Below are positions 38,007 to 47,696 of a stretch of DNA of 64,000 nt, in pieces. The notes under the pieces were generated by a model, which was not told the DNA's origin, did not search any database, and was given only the letters and a program-made list of their open reading frames with translations. The position numbers and the translations under genes were made by a program. Numbering within the stretch: position 1 is the first letter of the stretch; every line of letters starts with the position of its first letter. The DNA comes from a virus, in IMG/VR virus record IMGVR_UViG_3300006928_000001, positions 1 through 64,000 of that record. One strand, written 5' to 3'.

Positions 38007-39295
38007 TATGCAGCCTCAGACTCGCTAAGTGGCATCTTGATATCGGGGTGCCGCTTAGCCCACCAGGCTTGACGCTCCTTTAGAGACATCTTAAGCGAGA
38101 GACGTTCTCCACGACTACGCCAGTCAATCGCCTGCATCCAAGAGTTACGGTGACTTGGCTCACCAGTTAAAGCCGGAACGGTTCGTACTCCTCGTCTAAT
38201 ACCATCTGCCAAGACTCTACCCAAAAATGCGGCATTATGCGTACACAGCCCGCGACCAATTTCGGCATACGCCTTAGACTTTGGTGAGAACTCGTAGTCA
38301 AGCGGAAACCCCATGATGGTTGCACACTCACGCGGCGTGAGATACCTGTCTTCTACTGGGTGGATGACGGTATGGCCGCCTAGAATATTCGGTGATGGTC
38401 GATCAAGGCGACCACGGGTGTGCGTGAATCCCGGCCTAGAAGAACCATTCCATTTTGCGCCACGAGGCCGATAATGCTTATGCATCAATTCATCTGCCAC
38501 TTCACGTAGATGTGATCCTGGAGGGCAGTACGGCATAATGGACCTGAACGCACCAAAGTAGGTATTCTTGTTGTTAGGAAGATCACCACCGTTTTTTACG
38601 AGCTCTAGTGCGTCTCCAAGAGTCTTGGAACCAAGATTGTCTGCAGATTCGTTATTGTAAACGCCACGCCAATCTAGATCGTATTTACTAGCTACGAAAT
38701 GGAACCTTCGTCGATCTTGGTATCCACCATGAATAGCGGATGTCGTTAGAAACGCATAACACCTGTATCCAAGGGATCTTGCTCTAAAGGCCATCGCGTC
38801 TAGAAAGCTACGTTCCTTGCTAAAGATTGCTGGAACTAGCTCCCAAGTCCAGATGTCTGGCTGAAGACGGAATGCTGCCTCGTACGCTACGTACCGTGTG
38901 TAGCACATTCTGTCATCACTAGATCCTTCGTGCTTCCCAGGCCCAGCATAGGCTACACACGGCGGATTCGCATAGAAAATACGAGGTACATTACCCGCAC
39001 TCTTTAGCTCATCAATGAATGACAACCAATCTTCTCCGTTAGTGGACCTGTTAAGATACCCGTCTTTGAGAGGGATATTAGCAACCGGCCAACGTTGGCG
39101 TGACACGTTGCTACCTAAGTCTAGATCAGGTAGCTCTAGATGACCAGCAACGTTAATTCCAGCCTGCTCCATACCAAGACTGAAAGCTCCAGCAAAAACG
39201 CATGCACCCAGAGCAGTGACTTCGTTACGCCCAGCTTCTAGTTCAGCATGAATTGCGTCCATTTGTTCGCGGTTAGACAATGGAAGATACGACAT
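38006..39295 (-). CDS. Divergent DNA (cytosine-5) methyltransferase-like protein
   Basis: VFAGAFSLG (motif I), NPPC (IV), WELVP (VI), QDRRR (VIII), RYLTPRECATIMGFP (IX). Confidence 0.85.
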   Translation of the reverse strand: MSYLPLSNREQMDAIHAELEAGRNEVTALGACVFAGAFSLGMEQAGINVAGHLELPDLDLGSNVSRQRWPVANIPLKDGYLNRSTNGEDWLSFIDELKSAGNVPRIFYANPPCVAYAGPGKHEGSSDDRMCYTRYVAYEAAFRLQPDIWTWELVPAIFSKERSFLDAMAFRARSLGYRCYAFLTTSAIHGGYQDRRRFHFVASKYDLDWRGVYNNESADNLGSKTLGDALELVKNGGDLPNNKNTYFGAFRSIMPYCPPGSHLREVADELMHKHYRPRGAKWNGSSRPGFTHTRGRLDRPSPNILGGHTVIHPVEDRYLTPRECATIMGFPLDYEFSPKSKAYAEIGRGLCTHNAAFLGRVLADGIRRGVRTVPALTGEPSHRNSWMQAIDWRSRGERLSLKMSLKERQAWWAKRHPDIKMPLSESEAA

Positions 39296-40083
39296 TAGTA
39301 GCCATCCTTCTGACGCTTGAAGTTAATGTCGTTCTTATGCATGAACGCGTAGTATAGATGGTCAAGTTTAACGCCTGGAATAGCCTGTGCGCAGGCACAG
39401 ATTTCAGGCATCAGCGTAAAGTAAATGAACCCAGATCCGGGTGGAAACTTGTGAGGATTTACAGCACCATTACTAACAAGAATCTGTTGGCGAATAGCCG
39501 CTGCAGTATCAACAAGTAGCTGACGTAGATAGTTAATCCTGGCCGCTACCTTTTTCTCCCAATCCTCGCCATGTGCTCCGTCAGCATGACTGAACATACT
39601 ATAGATTGCAAGGTTCGGACCCTGTCCATTACGTTCAGCCAGAGCCCAAGCAAAGTCAAGACCAAACGCAGGTACCTGCACTTGCATGGCGCTAGCTGTA
39701 ACTTTTGCCACAAGCTCCCGCTCAGGTTGTCCGCCCATGAAAAGATATGCGTTGACGACGAAGTGCATCACGTCGACAAGCTCCATGAGCAACTCATCTT
39801 TGTCGGCTTGAACAGGGTTAGACTTATGGTGCTTCCATCCACCTTCCACCATGTCCCAAGCTTCACTAGCCTCTTGGACACCCATATCAAGATGGTGGAT
39901 AACCCTACGTGGAAGGCAGAACGTCTTCTTGCCGAAGTCTTTCAGCCTGGAATCGTATGACCCAACCAGAGTCTGAAAATCCATCTGTCGCTTAATGATT
40001 TTTGCCTGGTGATCAATCGACCAGTCAAGTTCATCAAATTCGGTGTCGATGGAGAATTCATCGGCACAGTTCTGCACTTTCAT
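39295..40083 (-). CDS. Dimeric all-alpha dUTPase/dCTPase
   Basis: QEASE, WKHHK, ELVDVMHF, KNDINFKRQKDGY. Confidence 0.85.
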   Translation of the reverse strand: MKVQNCADEFSIDTEFDELDWSIDHQAKIIKRQMDFQTLVGSYDSRLKDFGKKTFCLPRRVIHHLDMGVQEASEAWDMVEGGWKHHKSNPVQADKDELLMELVDVMHFVVNAYLFMGGQPERELVAKVTASAMQVQVPAFGLDFAWALAERNGQGPNLAIYSMFSHADGAHGEDWEKKVAARINYLRQLLVDTAAAIRQQILVSNGAVNPHKFPPGSGFIYFTLMPEICACAQAIPGVKLDHLYYAFMHKNDINFKRQKDGY

Positions 40084-40086
40084 CGT

Positions 40087-40428
40087 TTACTTCCTATTCT
40101 TTCGCTTTGAAGCCTTCTTGGTCTTCCGCTTCTTCTTCTTAGCCTTTCTAGCCTTTCGTGACACTGGCTTGGATCGGTCGCTGTCGGGCAAGATCACTCG
40201 ATACTCGATTTCATCGGTATCTGCTTGTTCACTTGTCAACTCGGCGTCAGTGTGAGAAGCGGCCGTCAACTTCGTACTTGATGACACAGGAATACCGGAA
40301 ACTCCGAACCCGAAAAAGCCCGACCCACTACCATTTCCGGTAGTCCGTCGGACTTTTACAAGCTTGGCTTTCCTCACTGCGCCAGTTAAAGCTTGGCGCA
40401 GTGAGGAGACCAGCGGATCAGGCTTCAC
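40087..40428 (-). CDS. Small protein with Lys/Arg-rich tail
   Basis: 113 aa; C-terminus RKARKAKKKKRKTKKASKRKNRK. Confidence 0.55.
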   Translation of the reverse strand: MKPDPLVSSLRQALTGAVRKAKLVKVRRTTGNGSGSGFFGFGVSGIPVSSSTKLTAASHTDAELTSEQADTDEIEYRVILPDSDRSKPVSRKARKAKKKKRKTKKASKRKNRK

Positions 40429-41555
40429 TCAGCGTCGCTGTCCTTCTCGGAGTCACCCTTCTTGGAGTCACCCTTCTTAGAATCATCCTTCTTAGAATCA
40501 TCCTTCTTGGGCTTGGGCGTAGGCGCAGTAGTCTCAATCAGAGACTCATCATCGAACCGCTCGCGGATATCCTCAGGGATAGCCTCAAGCTTCTCCTCGT
40601 GGGAGCCGTCAGCACGGTTGTAGTACTTACGAGCTTCGATCTTAGCGACCACTCCGGCGATAGGCTTCTCCACGCCAGTACGGCCAGTCTCACCCTTGCC
40701 AGTGGGCTTGTAACCGTTCAGGTAATACGGAACGTGCTTAGTGGCCTTAGCCATGAACTTGGTAGCCTTATCACCGATACCAAGCTCAGTACAACGCTGG
40801 AAAACACGACCGGCAAAGGAACCGTCAGACTGCAGAGGACCAGGACCTCCATCCTTACCCTCGATGACGTCAACAACAGCCTGGCGAAGAGTCGGCCCAC
40901 GCTCACGCTTCTTGCCGCCACCACTACTCTTACGCTTGGAAGAACGGCGCTTCTTCTCAGGGACAACTTCCGTGTCACCGGAGACGATGTTGGGGCTGTC
41001 CTCAGGGTTTGGGACCAGAAGAGGCAGTCCATCAAAAGAGACGATGACGTGCGGGACGCCATCCTTCTCGATCTCAGCGATCACGTCAACCGGCGTACCA
41101 GCCGGAACGGTGACAGCCTCCTTACCAGAACCAACGGTAAGAGCATGACCAAGACGAGTGCACTCAGTGAGGTCCACACTCTCAAGCCAAGAGGCAAAAC
41201 CACCCCACGTCAGATCACCAGCCTCAGCAGCTGCAAACACCAGACTAGGCGGAGGAGTCTTGACAATTTCACGTCCGTCAAGACCAAAAGCGTAACCCTG
41301 GCTAAGGGCAGCTACGAGCTCAGCGTCAGTGTTCTCTCCGTCAGTTGGGACGGAGTCGTCGACATCGAAAGTACCGTTCTGCAGACCACGGTGGTAGCCA
41401 CAGGCAAACATCGTTTCCTTGGTAAGGAACTGATCCAGGTCAATGTTGTACTCAGCAAGCTTGTCTTCAAGCTGCTTGTTAGGGTCCTCACCCTCAACGG
41501 GGTCAACCCCAAGGAACACAAGGGCAAGAACAACTGCGGTGGCGGGAAGACTCAT
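40425..41555 (-). CDS. Hypothetical protein, probably highly expressed
   Basis: AGGAG SD, own promoter, strongly biased codons producing a stop-free antisense frame. Confidence 0.75.
   Translation of the reverse strand: MSLPATAVVLALVFLGVDPVEGEDPNKQLEDKLAEYNIDLDQFLTKETMFACGYHRGLQNGTFDVDDSVPTDGENTDAELVAALSQGYAFGLDGREIVKTPPPSLVFAAAEAGDLTWGGFASWLESVDLTECTRLGHALTVGSGKEAVTVPAGTPVDVIAEIEKDGVPHVIVSFDGLPLLVPNPEDSPNIVSGDTEVVPEKKRRSSKRKSSGGGKKRERGPTLRQAVVDVIEGKDGGPGPLQSDGSFAGRVFQRCTELGIGDKATKFMAKATKHVPYYLNGYKPTGKGETGRTGVEKPIAGVVAKIEARKYYNRADGSHEEKLEAIPEDIRERFDDESLIETTAPTPKPKKDDSKKDDSKKGDSKKGDSEKDSDAE
40440..40508. repeat. Degenerate 15-bp coding tandem repeat (KKDDS/KKGDS)
   Basis: cttcttagaatcatc and cttcttggagtcacc units, about 4-5 copies. 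Confidence 0.8.
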
Positions 41556-41612
41556 CTTCTCTCTCCTGGTGGGAATTCGCAAGGGGTTAAGCCCCATGCT
41601 GTGTGCTCATGA

Positions 41613-41621
41613 AGTGTATCA
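41613..41621 (-). promoter_or_regulatory. Extended -10 promoter element
   Basis: TGATACACT in the intergenic region, followed by a short leader hairpin. Confidence 0.5.
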
Positions 41622-41675
41622 CTCCATGGTATCCATGCCAATGCATGGAAGACTTCGTAAGTTCGTTGTGATCCG

Positions 41676-44528
41676 CTAGAACCCCATGTCCATCTTCGTA
41701 GGCTTTGGAGGGTCTTTCTCCATTTCACGAAGAAGATTCATGAATTCTGACGTCCAAACCATAGCCGTGTTACGGCTATTTTCTTGATCGAAGAAAGCTG
41801 CTCCGTTACGTGCCATCTGTGTGATGAACATTCGGGCTTCATTCCCGTCAAGTCCTAGAACCATCCCGATGCTATTGGGATTGACTCGGCGTAGATCAAG
41901 TAGAGCTCTACACGTATTACCAACGTCACCAGGGTCTACATCGACGATAGCAGCAATTACTGCTTCTGTATCCAACTTCTGGCGTTTCTTGTACTCACTG
42001 AACTCTTTATAGCCCAGTTCACCGTCGTACGCACAACGCATAACCCGTTCAGCAAATTCTACGTGGCACCGACGGACGTAGATGATGTTAGGGTCATCGT
42101 CTTTTACCGAGAATGTCCGTGCAGCACTTGCTACAGCTAGGCGCGCTATTTTTAGGTCCTGTTCTGCGGGTTCTACCAATGGCATAGAGTGATCGTACTC
42201 TTTCGCCATAGCCGCACCACGTTTAGCCGCAAGGTTTTCAGCTCCATCTTCCCATTCGACGTGGGATTCAGTTCTTGACCAGGCAAACCTGACTAGAGCC
42301 CTTCGTAGTTCTACGAGCGCAGGGTAGGGTTGTTCGCCAAGCTCTTGGTCAGCGGCTTCTTTATCTAGACCCTGCTTAACGGCGCATGCAAAATCAAAAC
42401 GCGCTACGTCTTCTGGCGTTCCGATAAGATCCATGATCGCTTCAACTGGTGTTCCGTATGACGATAGCATTCTGCCCAAACCACGTGGGTTACCAGCCAT
42501 AATGATTCTAGTTCTAGCTGGTGTTGAAGCATTACGAATCTTAGTAATTTCTGCGATCCCACTAGACCGCATCCCAGACATCTTAGAGATATCGTCTACG
42601 CTTAGTGAACTAGCTTCGTCAATCGTGACGAGACCACGGTCATTAGTAGGAACAAGTCCCCAAGTAACGACCCATGACTTATCACCACTCCCTACCTGTT
42701 GAAGACCACCAACGATACCGGCGTACGTAGTATTAGCGGGGTCCATGACGTACTTTCCTAAACCAAAGTATTGAGTCATGGTGTTCATTGTTTCTGACTT
42801 ACCTGTACGTGTATCACCGATTACGCAAAGTGACAACCATCCACGAGCTGGAACTTTACCACGATACTTGAATCGGATCACGCTATGGTACGTTAGATCG
42901 ACTAGTCTGAGCAGATTATTACGTCCAAACACCCCTGTGACGTGTCGAGACAGGCTTTTTTCTTCGGCTATCATTACAGCGTCAATAGAATCTGCTGTCC
43001 ATTGACGTGGATTGAACGTTTCCTTGAGAGACTGGGTCATCTCTTCGTCAAGGGTAAATGAATCGATATCATCTTCAGCAGGTATTGCGTCTGAGCTAAC
43101 CAATGTCCATTCGTTCGTCAAAACGTCAGGTTCAATTTTTCCGTAAAAATGGTACAACTGATTAGATCTGATTGGTGGTGTTCTACCATCCGCCGGACAG
43201 ACGTACATGGCAGCTCGCATCGTACTATCACCACCATGGCGCTCAGACATTGGTGGGATCAACTTAAGGTGCTGAATTTGCCAGTGACCGTCCATCTTGA
43301 ACTTGACCATTGGACAACGTCCAGGGATTCCTGCCTTACGCCTAAACTCATTCTCTTGTTGCCTGGAGTTCATGACGGCCAAGTTCATGAGCATCTCTGA
43401 CTCAGCATCAATCTCGACGCGAAGTGATCCAGCTGTTCTCATGACGGGGCAAGCAGCACACTTCTTTTCGTCCCAGTTCATATGGCACTTGACTTCAGCC
43501 AGTTGTGGAACTAGAACAGGAATCATGTTTGTACCGAGTACGTGGGCTTTAACCGAGATGCTTTCCTTTGGAACGCCACCACCAAGCTTTACTGGTAGCG
43601 GGGGTGGTGCTTCTTCTTGGTCTTTTTTGCCTTCCCACTGGTCATTTGCTAGCTTCTTGAACCAAGAAACGCTACGCTTATCCTTAAGAATAGCGTCGCT
43701 GAAGTCTTTGAAGTTAGGGTCAGACAACGAGAAGTCTAGATGAAGAGCTTCAACATCATTGGTTACCAGTCGTGACCTAACGGTACGAGCCCCTCTTCTT
43801 CCAGGAGTATCGATGTCGTAGCATAGCACTACTTTCTTACCACGGACTATGTTAAGAACATCTGCTGTCCAGGTTCCAGCACCACCTGTGATCAGCAAGG
43901 TCGGAAGACCTTGCTGGGCCGCTAGAATTCCGTCTGGCTCACCTTCGAACATCCATACTTCATCCGCCTTTTCGATAGATTCGAAGCCAAACGGAATCCA
44001 TACAGCTTTACGGTTAAGCCCTTCATCATTGGCGTAATGAAACGACTTAACCGTTGATCTTTTGAACGGGTCGTACATACGCGCGTTGATAAGTTTACCA
44101 GACTGATCGCGAATCGGTATCCAAAGATGACTACCGTCCCAGCCGATCAAAAGCTTTTCAATCGTAGCCTTAGTCCATCCCCGCTTACGTTCTAGGTCTG
44201 TTACGACCTGAGGAGAGTCGACTAGGATACGATGGTATCGTGCAATCAAATCCTCAGACAGAGGGGGCAAGTCGCGTAGAGTTACAACTGTCCCAGCGGA
44301 CTGAGGAGACTTGACAAACACGTCAAGTGGCGGACCATCATCTCTCGATGATGCTCTGCACCGATGACACCGGTAGTATCCAGTGTCGATGTTTACACGC
44401 AGAGATGGCCGCTCATCTGGTCCACAAGCTGGACACTTAGCCGTCGCCCAACCATTGGACGAGGCTTTAGTTTGGTCCAGCCCAAGAGCCGTCAGAGCGG
44501 CGTTCAGCGCAGCTGCTGAGAGCTTCAC
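41676..44528 (-). CDS. Primase-helicase fusion: Zn finger + TOPRIM primase + MCM-type AAA+ helicase
   Basis: CPAC..CHRC, FEGEPD, CYDID..G, KDFSD; MCM: GDTRTGKS, TYAGIVGG, GLV...DRGLVTIDE, AGNP, ARFD. Confidence 0.88.
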   Translation of the reverse strand: MKLSAAALNAALTALGLDQTKASSNGWATAKCPACGPDERPSLRVNIDTGYYRCHRCRASSRDDGPPLDVFVKSPQSAGTVVTLRDLPPLSEDLIARYHRILVDSPQVVTDLERKRGWTKATIEKLLIGWDGSHLWIPIRDQSGKLINARMYDPFKRSTVKSFHYANDEGLNRKAVWIPFGFESIEKADEVWMFEGEPDGILAAQQGLPTLLITGGAGTWTADVLNIVRGKKVVLCYDIDTPGRRGARTVRSRLVTNDVEALHLDFSLSDPNFKDFSDAILKDKRSVSWFKKLANDQWEGKKDQEEAPPPLPVKLGGGVPKESISVKAHVLGTNMIPVLVPQLAEVKCHMNWDEKKCAACPVMRTAGSLRVEIDAESEMLMNLAVMNSRQQENEFRRKAGIPGRCPMVKFKMDGHWQIQHLKLIPPMSERHGGDSTMRAAMYVCPADGRTPPIRSNQLYHFYGKIEPDVLTNEWTLVSSDAIPAEDDIDSFTLDEEMTQSLKETFNPRQWTADSIDAVMIAEEKSLSRHVTGVFGRNNLLRLVDLTYHSVIRFKYRGKVPARGWLSLCVIGDTRTGKSETMNTMTQYFGLGKYVMDPANTTYAGIVGGLQQVGSGDKSWVVTWGLVPTNDRGLVTIDEASSLSVDDISKMSGMRSSGIAEITKIRNASTPARTRIIMAGNPRGLGRMLSSYGTPVEAIMDLIGTPEDVARFDFACAVKQGLDKEAADQELGEQPYPALVELRRALVRFAWSRTESHVEWEDGAENLAAKRGAAMAKEYDHSMPLVEPAEQDLKIARLAVASAARTFSVKDDDPNIIYVRRCHVEFAERVMRCAYDGELGYKEFSEYKKRQKLDTEAVIAAIVDVDPGDVGNTCRALLDLRRVNPNSIGMVLGLDGNEARMFITQMARNGAAFFDQENSRNTAMVWTSEFMNLLREMEKDPPKPTKMDMGF

Positions 44529-44555
44529 CGCTAACCGCCGCTCATGAGGGTTTTA

Positions 44556-45584
44556 CTAGAACGAATCTTCCGGAGCAGCCTCATCCTCGGAGGGAGGAGC
44601 GTCAATCACATCGCCAGACGCGGCCCCGGTCTCGCCGAGATCACCGCCGTCATTCATGTCAGGGACGTAGGACTTATCCTGCGTCGACTCGTAAAGTTCA
44701 CGAGCCTGATCAGTCAGGGCCTTAACTGCGTATCCAGTCTGAGCCACCGTAGCGACGTAGAAAATACCCTTATCGTTCTGAGTCTTCTTAGCAGCCAGGG
44801 TGAAGATCTTAGCCCATGCCGGTTCGCGCGCAGCCAGCTTAATCATCCCAGCCAAGGAACGTCCCGCGGCAAGGCTACTGCGACTGAAGCTGATGAATGC
44901 CGGAACAATCTCTGGAGGCATTCCGTTGAACGGAGGCAGAGCTACTAGGGCCAAGACGTCAATGCTAGCAGTACACCTGGGAGCCCGCTGTTCGTTCTCA
45001 AGTCGGATAGATTCTCCGTCCTGAACGATGATCTTAGGCAACCAAGAGTTGCCTCGGCCACTGGGGGTACGCCCTGCAGCAGAAGCCGCTGCGCCGGGAC
45101 CGTAAACACACTCTTCACAAGAGGAAGTAGGACGTCCACCAACCCACTCAAGGCTAGTAACAACACCCTTACTGTTAACTTCGAGCTTGAGCTTAGCCGC
45201 GGCCAGCCCTTCAGCATCCCGAGCCTGGTAATCGCCATAGGCTGCTTCACACTCGATGCCACCACCTTCAGTAAGAGGGGTCCATCGACGCTGAGCGTTG
45301 AAGATGCGAACAACAATAAACTTGAGACCATCTTCAGCAGACAAGCTAGCCGGTCGGTTGTATGGCGTGGTCCAGTACAGACCAGCCTTAGCACCTTCAA
45401 TCTCCTCCTGCACGGCCTTACTCATTGCCTGCAGCAGAGAAATCCGTGGTAGAACAATATCACCAGTCTGAATATCCTCAGACCCAGCTCCAGCATCACC
45501 CGCGTCAAACTGCTGGGTTTCAGCCGGCATCATAAGGTCTTCGACGCTCACAGCAAGTGCCGTCTCTTCTTTCTTCTTGGCCAT
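44556..45584 (-). CDS. Probable single-stranded DNA-binding protein
   Basis: DIVLPRISLLQAMS N-terminal motif, acidic C-terminus ending in F, lies directly upstream of the primase-helicase. Confidence 0.55.
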   Translation of the reverse strand: MAKKKEETALAVSVEDLMMPAETQQFDAGDAGAGSEDIQTGDIVLPRISLLQAMSKAVQEEIEGAKAGLYWTTPYNRPASLSAEDGLKFIVVRIFNAQRRWTPLTEGGGIECEAAYGDYQARDAEGLAAAKLKLEVNSKGVVTSLEWVGGRPTSSCEECVYGPGAAASAAGRTPSGRGNSWLPKIIVQDGESIRLENEQRAPRCTASIDVLALVALPPFNGMPPEIVPAFISFSRSSLAAGRSLAGMIKLAAREPAWAKIFTLAAKKTQNDKGIFYVATVAQTGYAVKALTDQARELYESTQDKSYVPDMNDGGDLGETGAASGDVIDAPPSEDEAAPEDSF

Positions 45585-45615
45585 TATGGCCTCCCTTTCG
45601 TCAGGTGGACACTGC

Positions 45616-45625
45616 AGTATACCTC
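45616..45625 (-). promoter_or_regulatory. Promoter -10 element GAGGTATACT
   Basis: Identical 10-mer at 57893-57902. Confidence 0.6.
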
Positions 45626-45676
45626 AATGGTCTACGCATTGCCATGGTTCAATAGTCGTGTGCCTTCGCCAGAGCA

Positions 45677-45991
45677 TTAAGCCGAAGCGATATTCTTGTT
45701 TTTGAAAACGGAATGGTCTTGCCATGATTCGATGTGTTCAACAATCTTCTTAGAATCACCATCAGATTCGACAAGGTCTAGCCCATACAAAGCGGCTGCA
45801 CCCCGTAGAATTTCAATTACATCTTCATCTTCACCAATGTGGTTTACGGATAGATACCCACCAGGCATCAGCGTAATTTCTACTCTTCCAATACACCCCT
45901 TCGGGATACTCGATACTACTGTGATCATCTTATCATCGTCAGCCAACAGACACACTCCTCTGTGGAGAAAGGTATACTCTACAGTAACCAT
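45677..45991 (-). CDS. Hypothetical protein
   Basis: 104 aa. Confidence 0.6.
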   Translation of the reverse strand: MVTVEYTFLHRGVCLLADDDKMITVVSSIPKGCIGRVEITLMPGGYLSVNHIGEDEDVIEILRGAAALYGLDLVESDGDSKKIVEHIESWQDHSVFKNKNIASA

Positions 45992-46031
45992 GAATGGTTC
46001 TGCGGAAAAATTACGCTACTGCGTAGAAGTC

Positions 46032-47696
46032 CTAGCCGTAAATCGTTTCAGCAAGCCAATTTAGTAACGACAGAGCTACGCTTCGTTGTTTTCTATGAGC
46101 GATGACTACGGCTTCATCTGGACCATTGTCAACTACCAAATCGTAGATGATAGCTTTGTGCTTCAAACCATGCCGGTGCACTCGATCTTCAGACTGTGAT
46201 CTTGCGATCGTTCCAAGTGGCTGTGAATAGTACACTGCCGATTTGCTATGCTGCCAGTTCAACCCAGCACCAGCCACACCCGGGTGTGCGATTACGGTAT
46301 GATATCTTCCTGCTCTCCAGTCCGATTGAATCATATCTCTTTGACGAGCGGGCGTAGGCCCATGAATAATCGCGACTCCTCTCTTCCCGAGTAGTTCAAC
46401 TACTCGTTGATATTCAACCCGTGAAAAGTCTGTTGTTCCGTCTTCTTTGAGAGGTCCATACACTTGACCCCCAACACGAAGGGCGGTGTCTGGTTCTTCC
46501 CCAGCCGCGACAAGCGCAGCGGCGATGACTTCTCTGGACCTCGAGGCCCAAATGTGACGTGGCGCACGGTCACCGTGGGCGTCTTTGATTTCTTCGATAA
46601 CATCTCGGAGGAGGGCAAGCTTTCCACTGTGGACAGGTCGCCCTTCAAGATATCCACCCGTAAGCTCAATGGTTCGAAGTCGTTCGATGAGAACATTCTC
46701 AGGGACGATTGCGTGCCCGTCGTCAAGAACGGCACGATCGTCTTCGATGAGATCGAGCATAAGCTTAGCAGCTGACGGCGGAAGATCAAAAGAGCGTTTG
46801 AAGTAAATTTTGTCAGGGAGGTCAAGACACTCGTCCTTACGCCTACGAACTGTGTATGGATGCATTGGGTCAAGTACTTCGTATTGAATGCGTTTTTGAT
46901 TTACGCCAACTACGAATGATCTAGACACACTGAACTGTTTACCCTTACTCTCCATCGGGTCATGTAGCTGACCGTATCTATACTTGAACGCATCAAACGA
47001 ACCTGGGGCACCGGCTGGAAATCTAGCTTTCCCGATTGTAATGATATCTGGTGGAAGTCTCTTCAAAACGTCTGGGCGTACAAGCTTCGTTAAACCCCAG
47101 AGTCTCATATGCTCCGGTCTACCAATTGGAGTAGCTGTGATACCAGCAGCTCCAATGCAGGCAGACGCAAAAGCTCTAGCTGCTACACCTTGCCCTGAAT
47201 GAGATAGTGCAACGCCTTGTGCTTCATCCACGACGATGGCTATACGCCTACCCCTTGCATGTATCATCATAGGATGATCAGCTTTTACGATGTTTTTGCG
47301 TCGGTACTTAGTCACCAATAGACTACGAAGGCCGGAGAACGTAGTTGCCATTACCGTAAGTTTGTGCTGTTCAGTTCTCAATCCCGACGTGATGACATCT
47401 TCAATCAAGTCGTTATCTGGTGGTCTACAGTCGATGAAGTTCACCAACCCTTCAGGCCACGTTCGCCCATCAAATGTTTCGCGCCAGTCTGGCATCGTCA
47501 TACTTGGTAGCACCAAGACAACTTCGTCAATGACACCTCTAAGCCAGAGGGTTTGAAGCCACCAAGCTGTTGTAGCAGTCTTACCAGTACCCAGTTCGTT
47601 CCAGATGTTAACCCTAGAAAATCGAGCTAGTCTTTGAACATCTTCAGCTTGATGTTTAAGCGGAGACCATTCCGCTGGTAGCAACTGGTACGTCAC
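46032..47696 (-). CDS. SNF2-like SF2 helicase
   Basis: HQ, ELGTGKT, DEAQ, TATP, RRRKDECLDLP, GAGLN, QSEDRVHRHG. Confidence 0.9.
   Translation of the reverse strand: MTYQLLPAEWSPLKHQAEDVQRLARFSRVNIWNELGTGKTATTAWWLQTLWLRGVIDEVVLVLPSMTMPDWRETFDGRTWPEGLVNFIDCRPPDNDLIEDVITSGLRTEQHKLTVMATTFSGLRSLLVTKYRRKNIVKADHPMMIHARGRRIAIVVDEAQGVALSHSGQGVAARAFASACIGAAGITATPIGRPEHMRLWGLTKLVRPDVLKRLPPDIITIGKARFPAGAPGSFDAFKYRYGQLHDPMESKGKQFSVSRSFVVGVNQKRIQYEVLDPMHPYTVRRRKDECLDLPDKIYFKRSFDLPPSAAKLMLDLIEDDRAVLDDGHAIVPENVLIERLRTIELTGGYLEGRPVHSGKLALLRDVIEEIKDAHGDRAPRHIWASRSREVIAAALVAAGEEPDTALRVGGQVYGPLKEDGTTDFSRVEYQRVVELLGKRGVAIIHGPTPARQRDMIQSDWRAGRYHTVIAHPGVAGAGLNWQHSKSAVYYSQPLGTIARSQSEDRVHRHGLKHKAIIYDLVVDNGPDEAVVIAHRKQRSVALSLLNWLAETIYG

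Noticed and set aside
40401-41612. 403-aa plus-strand ORF (likewise 57331..57894, 22184..22957, 51633..52430)
   Set aside because: These are antisense to well-supported minus-strand genes with biased codon usage; no SD or recognisable motifs. Treated as shadow ORFs.
1-44528. Inteins or introns in RNR, terminase, PolA or helicases
   Set aside because: No C/S...HN splice motifs, homing endonuclease motifs or frame breaks seen; the insertions are short.
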